NCBI RefSeq assembly: GCF_006345805.1
Contig: NC_043001.1
Location: 48,360,001-48,424,000, forward strand
Length of the DNA stretch: 64,000 nucleotides
Source of the DNA: Octopus sinensis
Taxonomy: Eukaryota
Reading direction: 5' to 3'
Positions within the stretch are counted from its first letter, which is position 1, and every line of letters starts with the position of its first letter. The notes under the pieces were generated by a model that saw nothing but the letters and a program-made list of their open reading frames with translations, was not told the DNA's origin and searched no databases. Below are positions 24,153-36,398 of the stretch, in pieces. The position numbers and the translations under genes were made by a program.

Positions 24153-25728
24153 CACAGACATGACAGAAGTAAATCGAAACCCTTGTACTCGTTAAAATTA
24201 ATTTAAATCTGAAATTATACATTCAAAATATTTATTAATTATTATAATGTGAATATCTAATATTTAGTAGACATGCCCTTTATATTTTTCAATGCAAGGG
24301 CCCTATTAGGTATACTACTGATCAGATGGCGAATATTCTTTTGAGGAATTTCTTGCCAAGTTTCATGCAGTAATCTCAAAAGACCTGGCTTTGGGTATGC
24401 TTTGATCTTTTTATGAAGTGTTCTGTTCATTATGGCCCAGAAGTGTCGAATAGGGTTCATATCTGGTGACTAGCTTGGCCACAGAAGCTTTTTAATGCCG
24501 TTCTCTTCCAACCAGCCTTGGGTCTTTTTAGCCGTGTGACAAGGAGTTCCATCTTCCATAAATAAAGAGACTTCTTTAATCCTTTCACCACTGGGGAAGA
24601 TTGGAAGAAGTCCTTTCTACAACATGAACACATATTTATCTCAGTTTATGTTTGCCTCACACTCCACCAGCTCTGATAGACCGTTGCACCAAATTGATCC
24701 CCCGACCATCGCGGCATAACCGCGTATTTCATTGTTGGCTGCAGTCTTTTCACGTCAAATTCTTGATCACATAGTCTCCAGACCCACACTCAACCACTGT
24801 CAGAAAATACAGTAAATTTGGACTCGTGAAAGAATATGACAGTGTCCTAATGCTAGTGGCCTCGCTACTATCTCACTGGCCCAGTCCCTTCTCCGTTCGA
24901 TATTAGCTGGTCGAAAAAGTGGCTTCCGACTTGTTGCTCTGCCTTAGTAGCCAAGTTTGTAGAGATACCTGTCAGTGTTCTGGGATTGATATCAACTTGA
25001 GCTGCTATGTCAGATGCCTTGGAACGAGGATTGTCCTCCACACTTCACGTAACAAAGTGAAGGGTTCTGTCAGAGGTCCCTGGTCGACCTGGGCGAGGTA
25101 GTGTGGACTCCTTGCCATCCCCGGTGAATTGCACAATCACACTATTGGCTGTAGAAAATGGGATCCCAAGGTTTTCTGCGATTTTACTCTGACAAGTTCC
25201 ACCTTGAGACTGACTCACAATACGGTCTCTTTGAATTTCGGACAGTTCCAAGCCATCTTTTGTATGTGGCATGATTATAAAAGTCACATATAGAACCTGG
25301 CTGTGTGGTAAGTAGCTTGCTTACCAACCGCATGGTTCCGGGTTGAGTCCCACTGCGTAGCACCTTGGCTGTCTTCTGGTATAGTCTAGGGCCGACCAAA
25401 GCTTTGTGAGTGGATTTGGTAGACGGAAACTGAAAGAAGCCCGTCATATATATATATCTGTATGTATATGCTTGTGTGTCTGTATTTGCCCCCCCCCAAT
25501 ATCGCTTGACAACCGATGTCCCCGTAACTTAGCGGTTCGGCAAGAGAGATCGATAGAATAAGTACTAGGCTTACAAAGAATGAGTCCTGGGTCGATTTGC
25601 TCGACTAAATGCAGTCAAATGACTGAAACAAAAAAATGTCAATTAATGAAAAATATGAACCTTTTCAAGTTAAAATAAGCATTAAACAATGTTTTATGGG
25701 GTGTCTATTTACTTCTGCCATGTCTGTA
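24153..25728 (-). mobile_element. Tc1-family transposon, both TIRs present, decayed transposase (25272 to 24257), SINE2 inserted upstream of the ATG
   Basis: TA|CACAGACATGACAGAAGTAAAT (24153) and ATTTACTTCTGCCATGTCTGTA|TA (ends 25728). Motifs [11 protein letters not shown]…PRPGRP, VIFFHESKF, MEDGTPCHT, SPDMNPI, GMSTKY*. Confidence 0.9.
25297..25636 (+). mobile_element. SINE2 nested in the Tc1 5' region
   Basis: TGGCTGTGTGGTAAGTAGCTTGC…GACTGAAACAAAAAAA. Confidence 0.88.
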
Positions 25729-25879
25729 TATATGTATGTATGTAAGTCTGTTTCTCTCTCTTTCCCCCTCTCTCTCTCCCTCTCACTTTCTCTCTATCTA
25801 TCTAACTTTCTTTCTCTCTCACCCTCTCTTACTCACTCTTTCACTTTCTCTCTTCACCCCTCTTTCTCACTGTATGTAT

Positions 25880-25920
<41 letters not shown>

Positions 25921-26599
25921 GTCTGACGATGGCTCAGCCGGCCAAAGCTCCGAAGTCACTGTCAACAGCATTCTTGTATACGAATAATATATTTGTACTC
26001 CACAAAGTATAGAGTAACCCATCAGATTAATGTGAAATCGTTTTCATTATAAATGAACATAAAAATTAACTTTAATATATATATATATATATATACATAC
26101 ACACATAGACACACACGCAGGCACACTCACACACACATTCACACACGTGTTTGTATGCATGTGTGTGACTGTGTGTTTAGTGTGTCTATAATGAAATGTA
26201 TATCGTATGTGCATGCACATGTTTGCATATGTGTGCAGGTGTGTGTACACATAAAACTACGATAGTCAGCTCAACTGAGATCAATAATGATTCAAAATAG
26301 CATATATGTATTCATTATTCCGTTAACAGGTTGTCAGACCTCAGAAAGGTTGTAAGGAGTTAATAATAGTTGCTTCAGTATGTAGGAAATATAAGATGAA
26401 AAGAATTACTTGGCTTGTGAGGTTCATTAAGTATTAGAATGCGGAATTTAACTGCATGTTCTTATCAAATTCTTACGGAATTTTCACGTTTGAATTGCTC
26501 CAGCATGCAGGAGCGTTTTCATTTTTGGATTTTTTTATCTGATATTTTTCGTGTCAGTTATAATGCATTCCTCAGATCGTGGTATCTAAATATATTCTT

Positions 26600-26809
26600 T
26601 TCTACTCTTGGCACAAGGCCCAAAATTTTTGGGCGGGGAGCCAGTCGATTAGATCGACCCCAGTGGGCAACTGATACTTAATTTATTGACACCGAAAGGA
26701 TGAAAGCAAAGTCGAGCTCGGCGGAATTTGAACTCAGAACGTAAAGACAGATGAAATACCGCTAAACGTTTCGCTCGGCGTGCTAACGTTTCTACCAGCT
26801 CGCCGCCTT
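26600..26809 (-). mobile_element. SINE1a
   Basis: Reverse complement of TAAGGCGGCGAGCTGGTAGAAACGTTAGCACG…GAGTTCAAATTCCGCCGAG…CCTTGTGCC. Confidence 0.88.
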
Positions 26810-26903
26810 AGTGTCTAAATGTATTAGCTTAGGCCTGTGAGTATTTCCATATCCTGCATTTGTATGTATGTGAGATGATAAAAAGAGAGAGAAAAGGAGA
26901 GAA

Positions 26904-26985
<82 letters not shown>

Positions 26986-27509
26986 GGATAGATAGATAGA
27001 TAGTCACGTAAATACGTAACTACCTATATACACTCATATATATACGGTGATGGTTTAGCGAGATCTAGCTCCGATACACACACACGCACACATACATATA
27101 TATACGTTTATATGTGGGGGTGGGTGAGTGTATGTATGCATGCGTGTAGTATGTATGTATGAATGTATGGATAAATGAATGAATTAATTAATATTTTGCG
27201 CAGACACATCTGTACATACTTACGTAAGTAAGTACGTAACTCTGTATATATTTTTTCATACATAATCATATGGCTACGATTTAGGGAAGGGCTAGCTCCA
27301 AGATTATTGTGCATTCTATATAATCCGTGATATATTCAACAACGAATGAAACACGGATCTTGATGTTAAAGGCGTGACTCTGAAATACACTCGGCGGAAA
27401 CCTGTTAGTAACATGAAAAGGAATTTTCAAACTAGTTTAGACGGATATTCATTGTTAACAAGTAACATAAGAAAAGTACGAACAAATGCAATAATTACTT
27501 TGTAAGTTC

Positions 27510-27724
27510 AATCGTGGTGCAGGTATTTCCTCCGGTTCCCAACGTTTTGAGTTGAAATTCCACCAATGTCGACATTGTCTATTATCCTTTCGGAGTCGAT
27601 AAAATAAGTACCTGGTAAGTGATAAAATATCAGGCCTTTTTTCCTGTCGAAGAAATGATTGTTATTATTATTATTATCATTATTATTATTATTATTATTA
27701 TTATAATAATAATAATAATACTAC

Positions 27725-27760
<36 letters not shown>

Positions 27761-27855
27761 CAAGAACAACAACAATAATAATAACAACAAGAACAACAAC
27801 AATAATAATAATAACAACATCAACAACAACAATAATAATAATAACAATAATAATA
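27510..27855 (+). mobile_element. Diverged SINE1a fragment with long (ATT)n/(AAT)n tail
   Basis: GGTATTTCC…GAGTTGAAATTCC…GTCGATAAAATAAGTACC, then trinucleotide repeats. Confidence 0.65.
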
Positions 27856-28084
27856 AAGTGAGCTGGCAGAATTGTTAGCACGCTGGACGAAATGCTTAGC
27901 GGTATTTCGCCCATCGCTACGTTCTGAGTTTAAATTCCTCCGCGGTCGACTTTGTCTTTCATCCTTTCGGAGTCGAGATATTAAGTACCAGTTGATCACT
28001 GAGGTTGATGTAATCGACTAGTCCCCTCCCTTCAAATTTCAGGTCTTGTGCCTATAGTAGAAATGATTATTATTGTTATTATTA

Positions 28085-28117
<33 letters not shown>

Positions 28118-28148
28118 CATCATCATTATCATCATTATTATTATTATT
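27856..28148 (+). mobile_element. SINE1a with (ATT)n tail
   Basis: GTGAGCTGGCAGAATTGTTAGCAC…CAGGTCTTGTGCCTATAGTAGAAATGATTATT…. Confidence 0.88.
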
Positions 28149-30165
28149 TTCATATACACCCAACGGATTACACTGTTGGAAAAGAAACAATCCTAACCTC
28201 GGGCTACAACAAGTAACCTTAGGTGTCAAGAATTCTCCTATCGGACTACAATAAGTAACTTTATATACCAAGTACCCTCCTAAGTATCCTCGCTGCCCCT
28301 AATAACACTATTCGCTTGAGCAGTACTAAACTGAGTTTTATGCCTATTTCCTCTATCCATCTGTTCAAATTTTTAGGGATAGATCCCAATGGACCTATAA
28401 CTACTGGTGTACATTTTACCCGCACTTTCCATAATCTCTGTAGTTCAATAGCTAGGTCCTGGTACTTTGCTATTTTTTCTATACTTCGCATATTTATGTT
28501 TTCATCATTTGGGACTGTAAATTCAATTATCTGCACCTCCTATTCTCTTTATCTACTACTAGCAAATTACGCTTTCTAGCTTCTATTACTGTGTCAGTCT
28601 GAATGTTTAAGTCTCACAACATCTTATATCTCTTACTTTCTAGTAGTTTACTATGTTCATGTTCATACCATTTATCAGTATGTTCAAATTCTAGCTTTCT
28701 ACATAGCTCCCAGTGGATTGCTGTCCCTAGATTGTCATATATTTTCTTGTATTCTTTCTATGCCAGCATGCTATATTCACTTACTATATGAGTAGCGCTT
28801 TCCTCTTTTGATTTGCATAATTTACATTGGGAATGTACTTGGTTTTTGACTGTCTTGGCTTTTATGCAATTAGTCCTTATTGCTTAATCTTGTGCAACTA
28901 CTAACAAACTTTCTGTCTCCCTCTTCAGTTTTCCTTTCTGCAACCATAACAATGTTTCACTACTACTATTTGCTGCAACTAGTTTTGGAAATCTACCATG
29001 CAAAGCCAGTCAAATAATTGATGCTCTTTTTGCTGGTTTTTAAATTCGTTTTGGCTTTTGGCCTCCCTATGTCTTCCTGTGACTCTAGTAGCTTTTAATA
29101 AACTTTCTTCATAGAAGTCTATATTTACTCCAGGTAATTCTCCGCAATCTTCTACTGATATTAAACCTCTTCCGCTATCTTTTGTAGGTAGGTATAATCT
29201 TGCTACTCCTGCCCTTGGGCGGAGTCCTACATTCATATTGAATTCCTTCCCTAGCTTTTCTCTCTAGCATCGCTAATTCAGTTTTTGTCTAATCTACAAA
29301 AGCTGCTGTGTATCTAAATAACGATACTTCCCAAGTATTTACAGCCTTCACTAGATTCGGACCATTTAGCTTTGATTTCATTAGCTTTCTTACCCTTGTG
29401 ATGTACTCCTTGTCAAATTTCGTTTTCATTTCTGTTGTTAGCACCCTGTCAGATTCTAATACTCCTAAATACGTAAAACTCTCTCTTTTTAATGATTTTA
29501 ACGTCTGACCATCTGGTGATTACATGCCTTCGCTGTTGACTACCTGTCCCCTTCTCATGACTAATACTGCACACTTATCAATACCAAATTCCATGCTGAA
29601 GAGTCTTACAGTCTGTATTAAAGAATTTATCTCTTTTTCATTCTTACTAAAAAGCAAATGGTTAATTTTTCCCTTACAATTTCTGAAATTATACTCTGCC
29701 TTTACCTTCCTTAATACTAAACTGGGGGTATCAAACATAACACAAATATTAAAGAAGACAACGAGACCCCCTGGAAAATTCCATTTTTCACATTAACATT
29801 CCCTAAAAGTCGTCACCTGAATAGAGATCTACTTTCTATTTCTTCATGCTGCAGCTAATTAATTCTCTTATGTTGTCTGCTATGCTGAATATACTCAAAT
29901 ACTCACTTATCTTGAGTGTGGGATCGTGTCTTTCGAATAATCTATCCATGCTATTGCTAGATTTTCCTTTTCTAGCTTTTTCTTAATTTAGAACTGCTTT
30001 GTCTATGTATAATAGATCATGCGTTCCTCTATCCTTTCTCTTGCAAGCTTTCTGTTCTTCTGGCAGTAAATCCTGGTTGTCAAGGTGCTCGTAAATGTTT
30101 CCACACTAATGGTAAGTGATTGGTCTGTAGTTGCTAACTCTATTATAATATACAACTAGCAACTA
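28149..30165 (-). mobile_element. R4/Dong-clade non-LTR retrotransposon C (RT remnant plus RLE endonuclease), decayed, 5'-truncated
   Basis: GKINHLLF…MEFGIDKCAVL, LYLPTKDSGRGLISVEDC, IIEFTVPNDENI…KIAKYQDLAIEL…VVIGPLGSIP…LLGAARILRRVL*. The 3' UTR runs into (AAT)n. Confidence 0.85.
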
Positions 30166-30249
30166 TATTATTAATATTATTATTGTTGTTGTTGTTCTTC
30201 TTCTTCTTATTATATTATTATATTATCATTATTATTATTGTTGTTGTTG

Positions 30250-30296
<47 letters not shown>

Positions 30297-30299
<3 letters not shown>

Positions 30300-32770
30300 T
30301 AGTTTTATTTTTATAGCGTGCTTTCACTTCACTACCGAGCGCAGCTCTGTGTGCCTTGGGATGTACTGTGATTTGTTGTGATGCTCTGATGGTTATTGTA
30401 TGGAAAGTGTTCTGCGTAGGATGTGTGCAGTGCCTAGTAGTGCAATTTTCTGTATGTTATATGTGTTTGTAAGTATGGTGTTTTTGTATGTATTTGTCTG
30501 AATATTTTTTTATCATGCCTAATGCACCTACTATGATAGGAATTGTTTCTGTTTTCAGGTTCCACATTCTAGTTACCTCTATTTCCAGGTCTTTGTATTT
30601 TGAGAGTTTCTCCATTTCTTTTAGAGACACGTTGTCATCTGCTGCGGTATTGATACATCAATTAGAAAGCATTTTTTTTCTTCATGATCTCTGACAACTA
30701 TATCTGGTCTGTTGGCCTTAATTTCTCTATCTGTGTGTATCGGCATATCCCAGAGTATGGGTGCTTTCTCGTTTTCTGTGACCTTTCTGGTGTTGTGCCT
30801 ATACCATCTTTTTTCTGTTGTTATTCCATAATGTTGGCATAGCTTCCAATGTATGTAGGTTCCAACTCTGTCATGTCTGTGAATATATTCCTTCTTAGCC
30901 AGGACTGGGCAGCTAGAGATAATATGATTTATTGTTTCTTGTCCATCTCCACATATTCTGCAGTTACTTGTAATATTTCTTTTCATTACATGTTTTTGGT
31001 AATTTCTGGTGGGGAGGCTTTGGTCTTGTGCTGCAATTAAAAATCCCTCTGTTTCTGCTTTGAGTCCTGAGCTTCTCAACCATTGCTGGGATTTTTCTTC
31101 TATCTTTTCTTTTCTTTTGCGTTTAGTTAGTGCAGTATTTACCATGAAGGGGGCTTTTCTTGCCATCGTTTTATCATGGTTCGTTGCTTTTCTATTATTA
31201 GTTTGGATTTCATTTGTTTATAGCTTTTGTTGTTTCTTCATCATCTTCTTCTTCTTCTTTGTGTTTATTAGGTGGTATGATCTCTTGTTTGTATTGTCAG
31301 CTTCCTTAAATACTGAGAACAGTTTTTTTGTTTTGCTCGTGTTTTGCTGCTATCTGGATCAGTTTTCCTTCCTTCTGAAGTAGGTATTTTTGCAGTCCTA
31401 TGGTGGTTATTTTATAGTAGTTTTCCAGCTGTATAAGGCCTCTACCACCTTCTATACGTTGTATATATAGTTTTCTATGTCAGATTTTGGGTGATGCATC
31501 CTAGATCCTGTCAGTATTTTTCTTGTTTTCCTATCTATTTTGGACAGTTCATTTCGTGTCCGTTAAGGATATTGTAGTTGTAAACTTATAACTGGGACAG
31601 CTAAAGTGTTGATACCTATTATCTTGTTTTTAGCATTGAGCTCTGTTTTTAGTATTGATCTAACTCGTCTATAATATTCTTTTTTTTTTATTTTTCTCTT
31701 TCATTTGTGTGTGTTGTGTTTTATCTAGTTCATGGATTCCTAAGTATTTGTAAGTTTGGCTTTGGTCTAATTCTTTATTTCATTGGTTTTATCTAGTGTG
31801 ATGCTGTTACTCTTAACTAGTTTTCCTCTTTTCATGGTTACTTTGGCGCATTTTTCTAATCCAAATTTCATATCTTTTTCTTTGGTAAATCCATGAACTG
31901 TCTTTAATAGTGTTTCCAGCTGTTTGTCATTTGCAGCGTATAGTTTTAGGTCATCCATATATAAAAGGTGGCTGATCGTTTTGCCGTAACATTTATATCC
32001 GCATCCAGTTCTATTTAGCATATCAGATAGAGGTGACAGTGCCAAGCAGAAAAGGAGTGGAGAGAGCGTGTCTCCTGGAATATTCCTCTTCTAATGGGGA
32101 TGTCTTTGGTTTTCATGAGTCCCTCTTTTGTTTGGAGGTGTAGGACTGTTTGCCATTTATTCATAGAGTGCTCTATGAATTTTATGATTGTTGGTGCTAC
32201 TTTGTTAATGGCTAGTGTTTCGAGGATCCATGTGTGGGGGATGCTATCAAACGCCTTTTTGTAGTCAATCCAGGCCATACTGAGGCCTTTCTTCTTCTGT
32301 GGCTGTCTTCAGTTACGGCTTTATTAATCATTAGTTGATCTTTACAGCCATATGAGCCCTTGCGGCATCCTTTCTGCTCTTCTGGGAACAGTTTGTTTTC
32401 GTCCAGGTGCTTGTTCAGCTTTGCGATATCACTGCAGTAAATGCCTTGAACATAGTAGAGAGGCAGGTTATTGGTCTGTAGTTTTTCTGGTTTTGTTGTT
32501 TCATTTGATTTGGGAATTAAGATGGTTTTCCCCTTCGTGAGCCATTCAGGCATTGTCTCTGGCTCTGCTAGTATGCTGTTAAAGTTTTCAGCCAGCTTTT
32601 TGTGCATTCCTGTTAGATATTTCAACCAGAAGTTGGGGATCTTGTCATGCCCAGGTGCCTTCCAGTTGCTTAGTTTTTGCAGTGCCTGGGTGACCTCTAC
32701 AGTTGTTATGGGGGTCCAAAGTTGTTCAGATGCCGAGTTTGTTATTTTCATACTCCTTTTTTTCATACTT
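30297..32770 (-). mobile_element. R4/Dong-clade non-LTR retrotransposon B (RT, CCHC finger, RLE), frameshifted
   Basis: NWKAPGHD, EQKGCRKGSYGCKDQL, AWIDYKKAFDS, LLYMDDLKLY, FGLEKC, ETEGFLIAAQDQ, CRICG…ETINHIISSC, ILWDMPIHTDREIKANRPDIV…LIDVSIP. The 3' end AAAACTACTG is followed by (AAT)n. Confidence 0.95.
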
Positions 32771-32781
32771 TTTTTTCATAC

Positions 32782-32835
<54 letters not shown>

Positions 32836-32839
32836 GTTA

Positions 32840-34290
32840 TTATATGTTTGACTTTTGCTTTATATTTGTACAAGTTGGCTTCAAGTCTCACCCAGAGACC
32901 TCAAGAGACAACAGGTTGGAAGTTCATGTTGTTATGCCTAGTGTGCCATATATTTGTGTGGGGGGGGTTGTGTTGTACTAGTAAATATCTAAAAAAAAAA
33001 GAGAAAAAAACGAAAATTATGTTCTCCTTTTTTGTATTTTGTTTTGGATGTTATTTATCCACAGGGTTTGTTTGGGTGGTGGTACTCCTGTTTGGATGGG
33101 TTTGAGTGAGTATCCAGCTTCTTTTGTGACTACAGTGGCTGCTGCGTATACTAAGTCATTTAGCTCAGTGATATCGCTTTTTGTTTCAGTGCTTATTAGT
33201 TCCGTGACGGCTAGGTTTATGCTGTTTATAATTGGTGTTGTTGTTTTGTTTATTTTGATTTTTGGGAGGTATGGTCGGTGGTCCATTTTGAGCTCTGTGG
33301 TATTCAGTTCTTTGATTATTTTACTTTTTATATTATCATAACCATTAGGCTGCCCTTCGTTGTTTCCAGGTTTTAGATTTGTGTTGCTTTCTTTCTTATT
33401 TATATATTTGTTTACCGTGTTTTGGCTTGCTGTTTGTTGTGTATTATTATGCATCCTTACGGTCTGGGTTTGTTGTTATTTGTTTACATCGTGTTTGTTG
33501 GAAGTGTTACGTTTGTCTTCGTGTTTTACTGTTTCAGTGTTTATATTATTGGGCATTGTTGTGTGGCTTCTATCTACATTTTCCTGGTGTATTTTTTCTT
33601 TCAGATGTTCTATTTCTATTTCTGATATTTTTTTGCGTTGAGAATGTATCTTTAGCTAGTTTATTAGGGTTCATTGCTGTATCCAAGTCTATATTTATGT
33701 TATTTTCCTTCCATATTTTATATGTATGTGTTGTTGGGTTTTCATTTTTTGGGTAGAGCACTGCTGTGAAGTATGCGTGTAGGATAGAAATGTATTCCTC
33801 ACGTGTCCATTTATGTCTTTTGGGTTTTATTTGCGGGACATGAGGAACAACGTCCGGCCCATTATTTTGACGGTCGTCATTTTCGTAGGGTACCGGTCCG
33901 TTCATTTCTGTTGTCACATTGTTTTGCACGTGTAGTTTTTCGTATATTTTGTGTTGTAAGTTTAAAGTACGTACCTCCCGATTGTTATTATTGGGTTTAA
34001 TTTCTTCGTAGTTCCTTTGTACATGGTGATTGGGGTCGGGGATGATCTGGTGTTGATGGATCGTAATGTTTCACGCATGTTTACATGTGTTGTGTTAGAG
34101 GTGGAGATGATATCGAGTCACAATACATCATTTCGTTTCGAAAATAGTAATAAATTTTAATGAGTATTACTTACTCGGATACAGTCCAATCCTTTGTTAG
34201 GAAATCTTTGGCTCCATACGATATCCTTGTTTTCGCTGTTTGTGGATAGATTTCGGAGCTCTGTTTTATCGTTCGTACATCTTAAACGTC
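32840..34290 (-). mobile_element. R4/Dong-clade element A: 5' UTR and N-terminal ORF joined to a short 3'-UTR-like segment and (AAT)n
   Basis: KRHKWTREEY, HRPYLPKIK, DITELNDLVYAAA and LWINNIQNKI resemble R4/Dong N-terminal motifs. 33000-32840 is non-coding and ends in (AAT)n. Confidence 0.75.
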
Positions 34291-34345
<55 letters not shown>

Positions 34346-34347
<2 letters not shown>

Positions 34348-34470
34348 GGCGGATAACTGAGAACTTCGTTACCGCGCAGGACAAAATGCTTCGTGGAATT
34401 TCTTCTGGCTTTACATTCTGAGTGCAAGTGCCGCCGAATCAGCTGCTACCGTGTTTTCGAGTGAAATACA
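34346..34470 (+). mobile_element. Diverged SINE1 head directly after (ATT)n
   Basis: AAGGCGGATAACTG…AAAATGCTT…TTCTGAGTGCAAGTGCCGCCG. Confidence 0.55.
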
Positions 34471-34660
34471 TCGTATTGAAGAAAATGATTTTAGTCTTTG
34501 TTTTGCTATTTTGTTATTAAGCCAAACAGCATCCTTTTCGGGGCTAATTTTGAATCTTAATAATGGCCATGTTACTTCTTTATGAAAAAAGAAATGTAAT
34601 AAAGCACACCCAAGGGGCAGTTGGCTGTTCTGGTAGCCAGATAGTAAAATTATCTGCTGG

Positions 34661-34951
34661 TTGGTGGCGGAGTTCCTCTACTACAGGTTGCACAGAATTA
34701 ACATTTTGAAGGTTCATAGGTTACAAAATCAAAATTCATTGGGACAAAGTATAGAGTTATATATCCAAACGGATCAAGATGGAATGGAATCCATCCCGGT
34801 TTTGATCCAGCTGTTAGGTGGCTCGAAATTGTACGTAGTTGTTGAGGACAGAAAGCCAAGGTGTCACTTGAGATGTGAAACAAACCATTTCAAGGCTTTC
34901 TATCCACAGCAAAGGAGGAAAGGACAACCACTCCTTCAGACACCATCATAA
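34661..34951 (+). mobile_element. Tx1/L1-type ORF1 remnant with decayed zinc knuckle
   Basis: IPVLIQLLGGSKLYVVVEDRKPRCHLRCETNHFKAFYP resembles the VEGRxPxCxxCxxxGHxxxxCP pattern. Confidence 0.45.
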
Positions 34952-35088
34952 CCACAAAAAGAACGGCATCAGTAATCATGTTGAATGCAAAATAAGTTAG
35001 TCGGGTGCATCTTTGTATACATTAGAATGTATACAGTATTTTTTCCTGTATTCTTTTTATTGAAAATATTCTTTAACATATGAGCTCA

Positions 35089-35119
<31 letters not shown>

Positions 35120-35239
35120 ATGTGTGTGGTTGTGTGTGTGTGTGTGTGGTGTGTGTGGTATGTGTGTGTGTGTAGGTGTGGATGTGTGTGTGTGTGTGTG
35201 TGTGCATATGTAAGCATGCATACATATATATAGATATAT

Positions 35240-35287
<48 letters not shown>

Positions 35288-35293
35288 ATATAT

Positions 35294-35450
35294 GACGGAG
35301 TTTTCAGTTTCTGTTAACTAAATCCGAGCACAAGGCTTTGTCGACCCGAGGCTATAGTAGAAGACACTTGTCCAAGATATCATGCAGTGGGCCTAAACCC
35401 GGAACCATTTGGTTGGGAACCAAACTTCTTGCCACTCAACCACGCCTATA
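35294..35450 (-). mobile_element. SINE2 5' module
   Basis: Reverse complement of the SINE2 head through GAAAACTCCGTCA, followed by (TA)n. Confidence 0.75.
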
Positions 35451-35564
35451 AGTCCTGAGAGTTCGGTTGTGTATATGTTTGTTTCTTTTTAAATCATTTT
35501 CAAGATACTTATTTTTTTGTTTTCATACCTTGCTATTATTTTACATCTTAATATATATGTTGTT

Positions 35565-35780
35565 TAAGGCAGCGAGCTGGTAAATTAGCGCGTCGGGCAA
35601 AATACTTAGCGATATTTCGTCCGTCCAAACGTTCTGAATCGAAATTCCCCTGAAATCGACTTTGCTTTTCATCCTTTCGATAAAATAAATACAATTTGTG
35701 CACTAGGGTTCAATGTGATCGACTTATACCCTCCCCGAAATTTCTAGCCCAGTGTCAAAATTTGAAATCGATGTCTTGCT
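35565..35780 (+). mobile_element. SINE1a, diverged
   Basis: AAGGCAGCGAGCTGGTAA…AAATACTTAGCGATATTTCGTCC…GTGATCGAC. Confidence 0.75.
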
Positions 35781-36193
35781 TGTCCCTCTTTCTATATTTG
35801 GATTGATTTTTTTTAGAGATAAATTATTGTCTATTGAGCCGGATACATCACTCAGGTGATATCTCGTTTTCTTATTTTTCTTGACAAGACCCAGTAGATT
35901 TATTCTAATCTTCCTGTCTTTTTGATCACTTTCTCACACTCGGAGTCACTTTCTATTGCATAATGATATCATTTGTTTTCTGTCTATAAACAATGAGCCA
36001 CGTATGTTGCGCGACGAATGTGAATACTTTGTCAAAAGTTGTAGAGAACAAATATTGTGGGAGAATGCGGGTCATATAGCTCATGCAACTTGCTTGAGGA
36101 TCCCATTTTATCAATTATCATAGTAAACACCGGGCTATATAATAATAAGCAATAATAAATCTCTGAACGAGATGTAAACAGTAACTGCACGAC

Positions 36194-36398
36194 AATGTGA
36201 GGTATACTAGCCATCTCAATATAGCTAACCACTAAGGGTGGGTGTTACTGTAGCTTGTAGCCCCAGGAGAACATCGTCTCCAGCTGGAGAAAGTGTGCCT
36301 AAAGCCAGCTGGAGACGATGTCCTCGTGGGGCTACAAGCTACAGTAACACCCACCCTTAGTGGTTAGCCATATTGAGATGGCTAGTATACCTCACATT
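36194..36398. repeat. Near-perfect inverted repeat (94-bp arms, 3 mismatches, 17-nt loop); probable foldback MITE
   Basis: Arm 36194-36287 is the reverse complement of 36305-36398 apart from 3 substitutions. Loop AGAAAGTGTGCCTAAAG. Confidence 0.93.
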
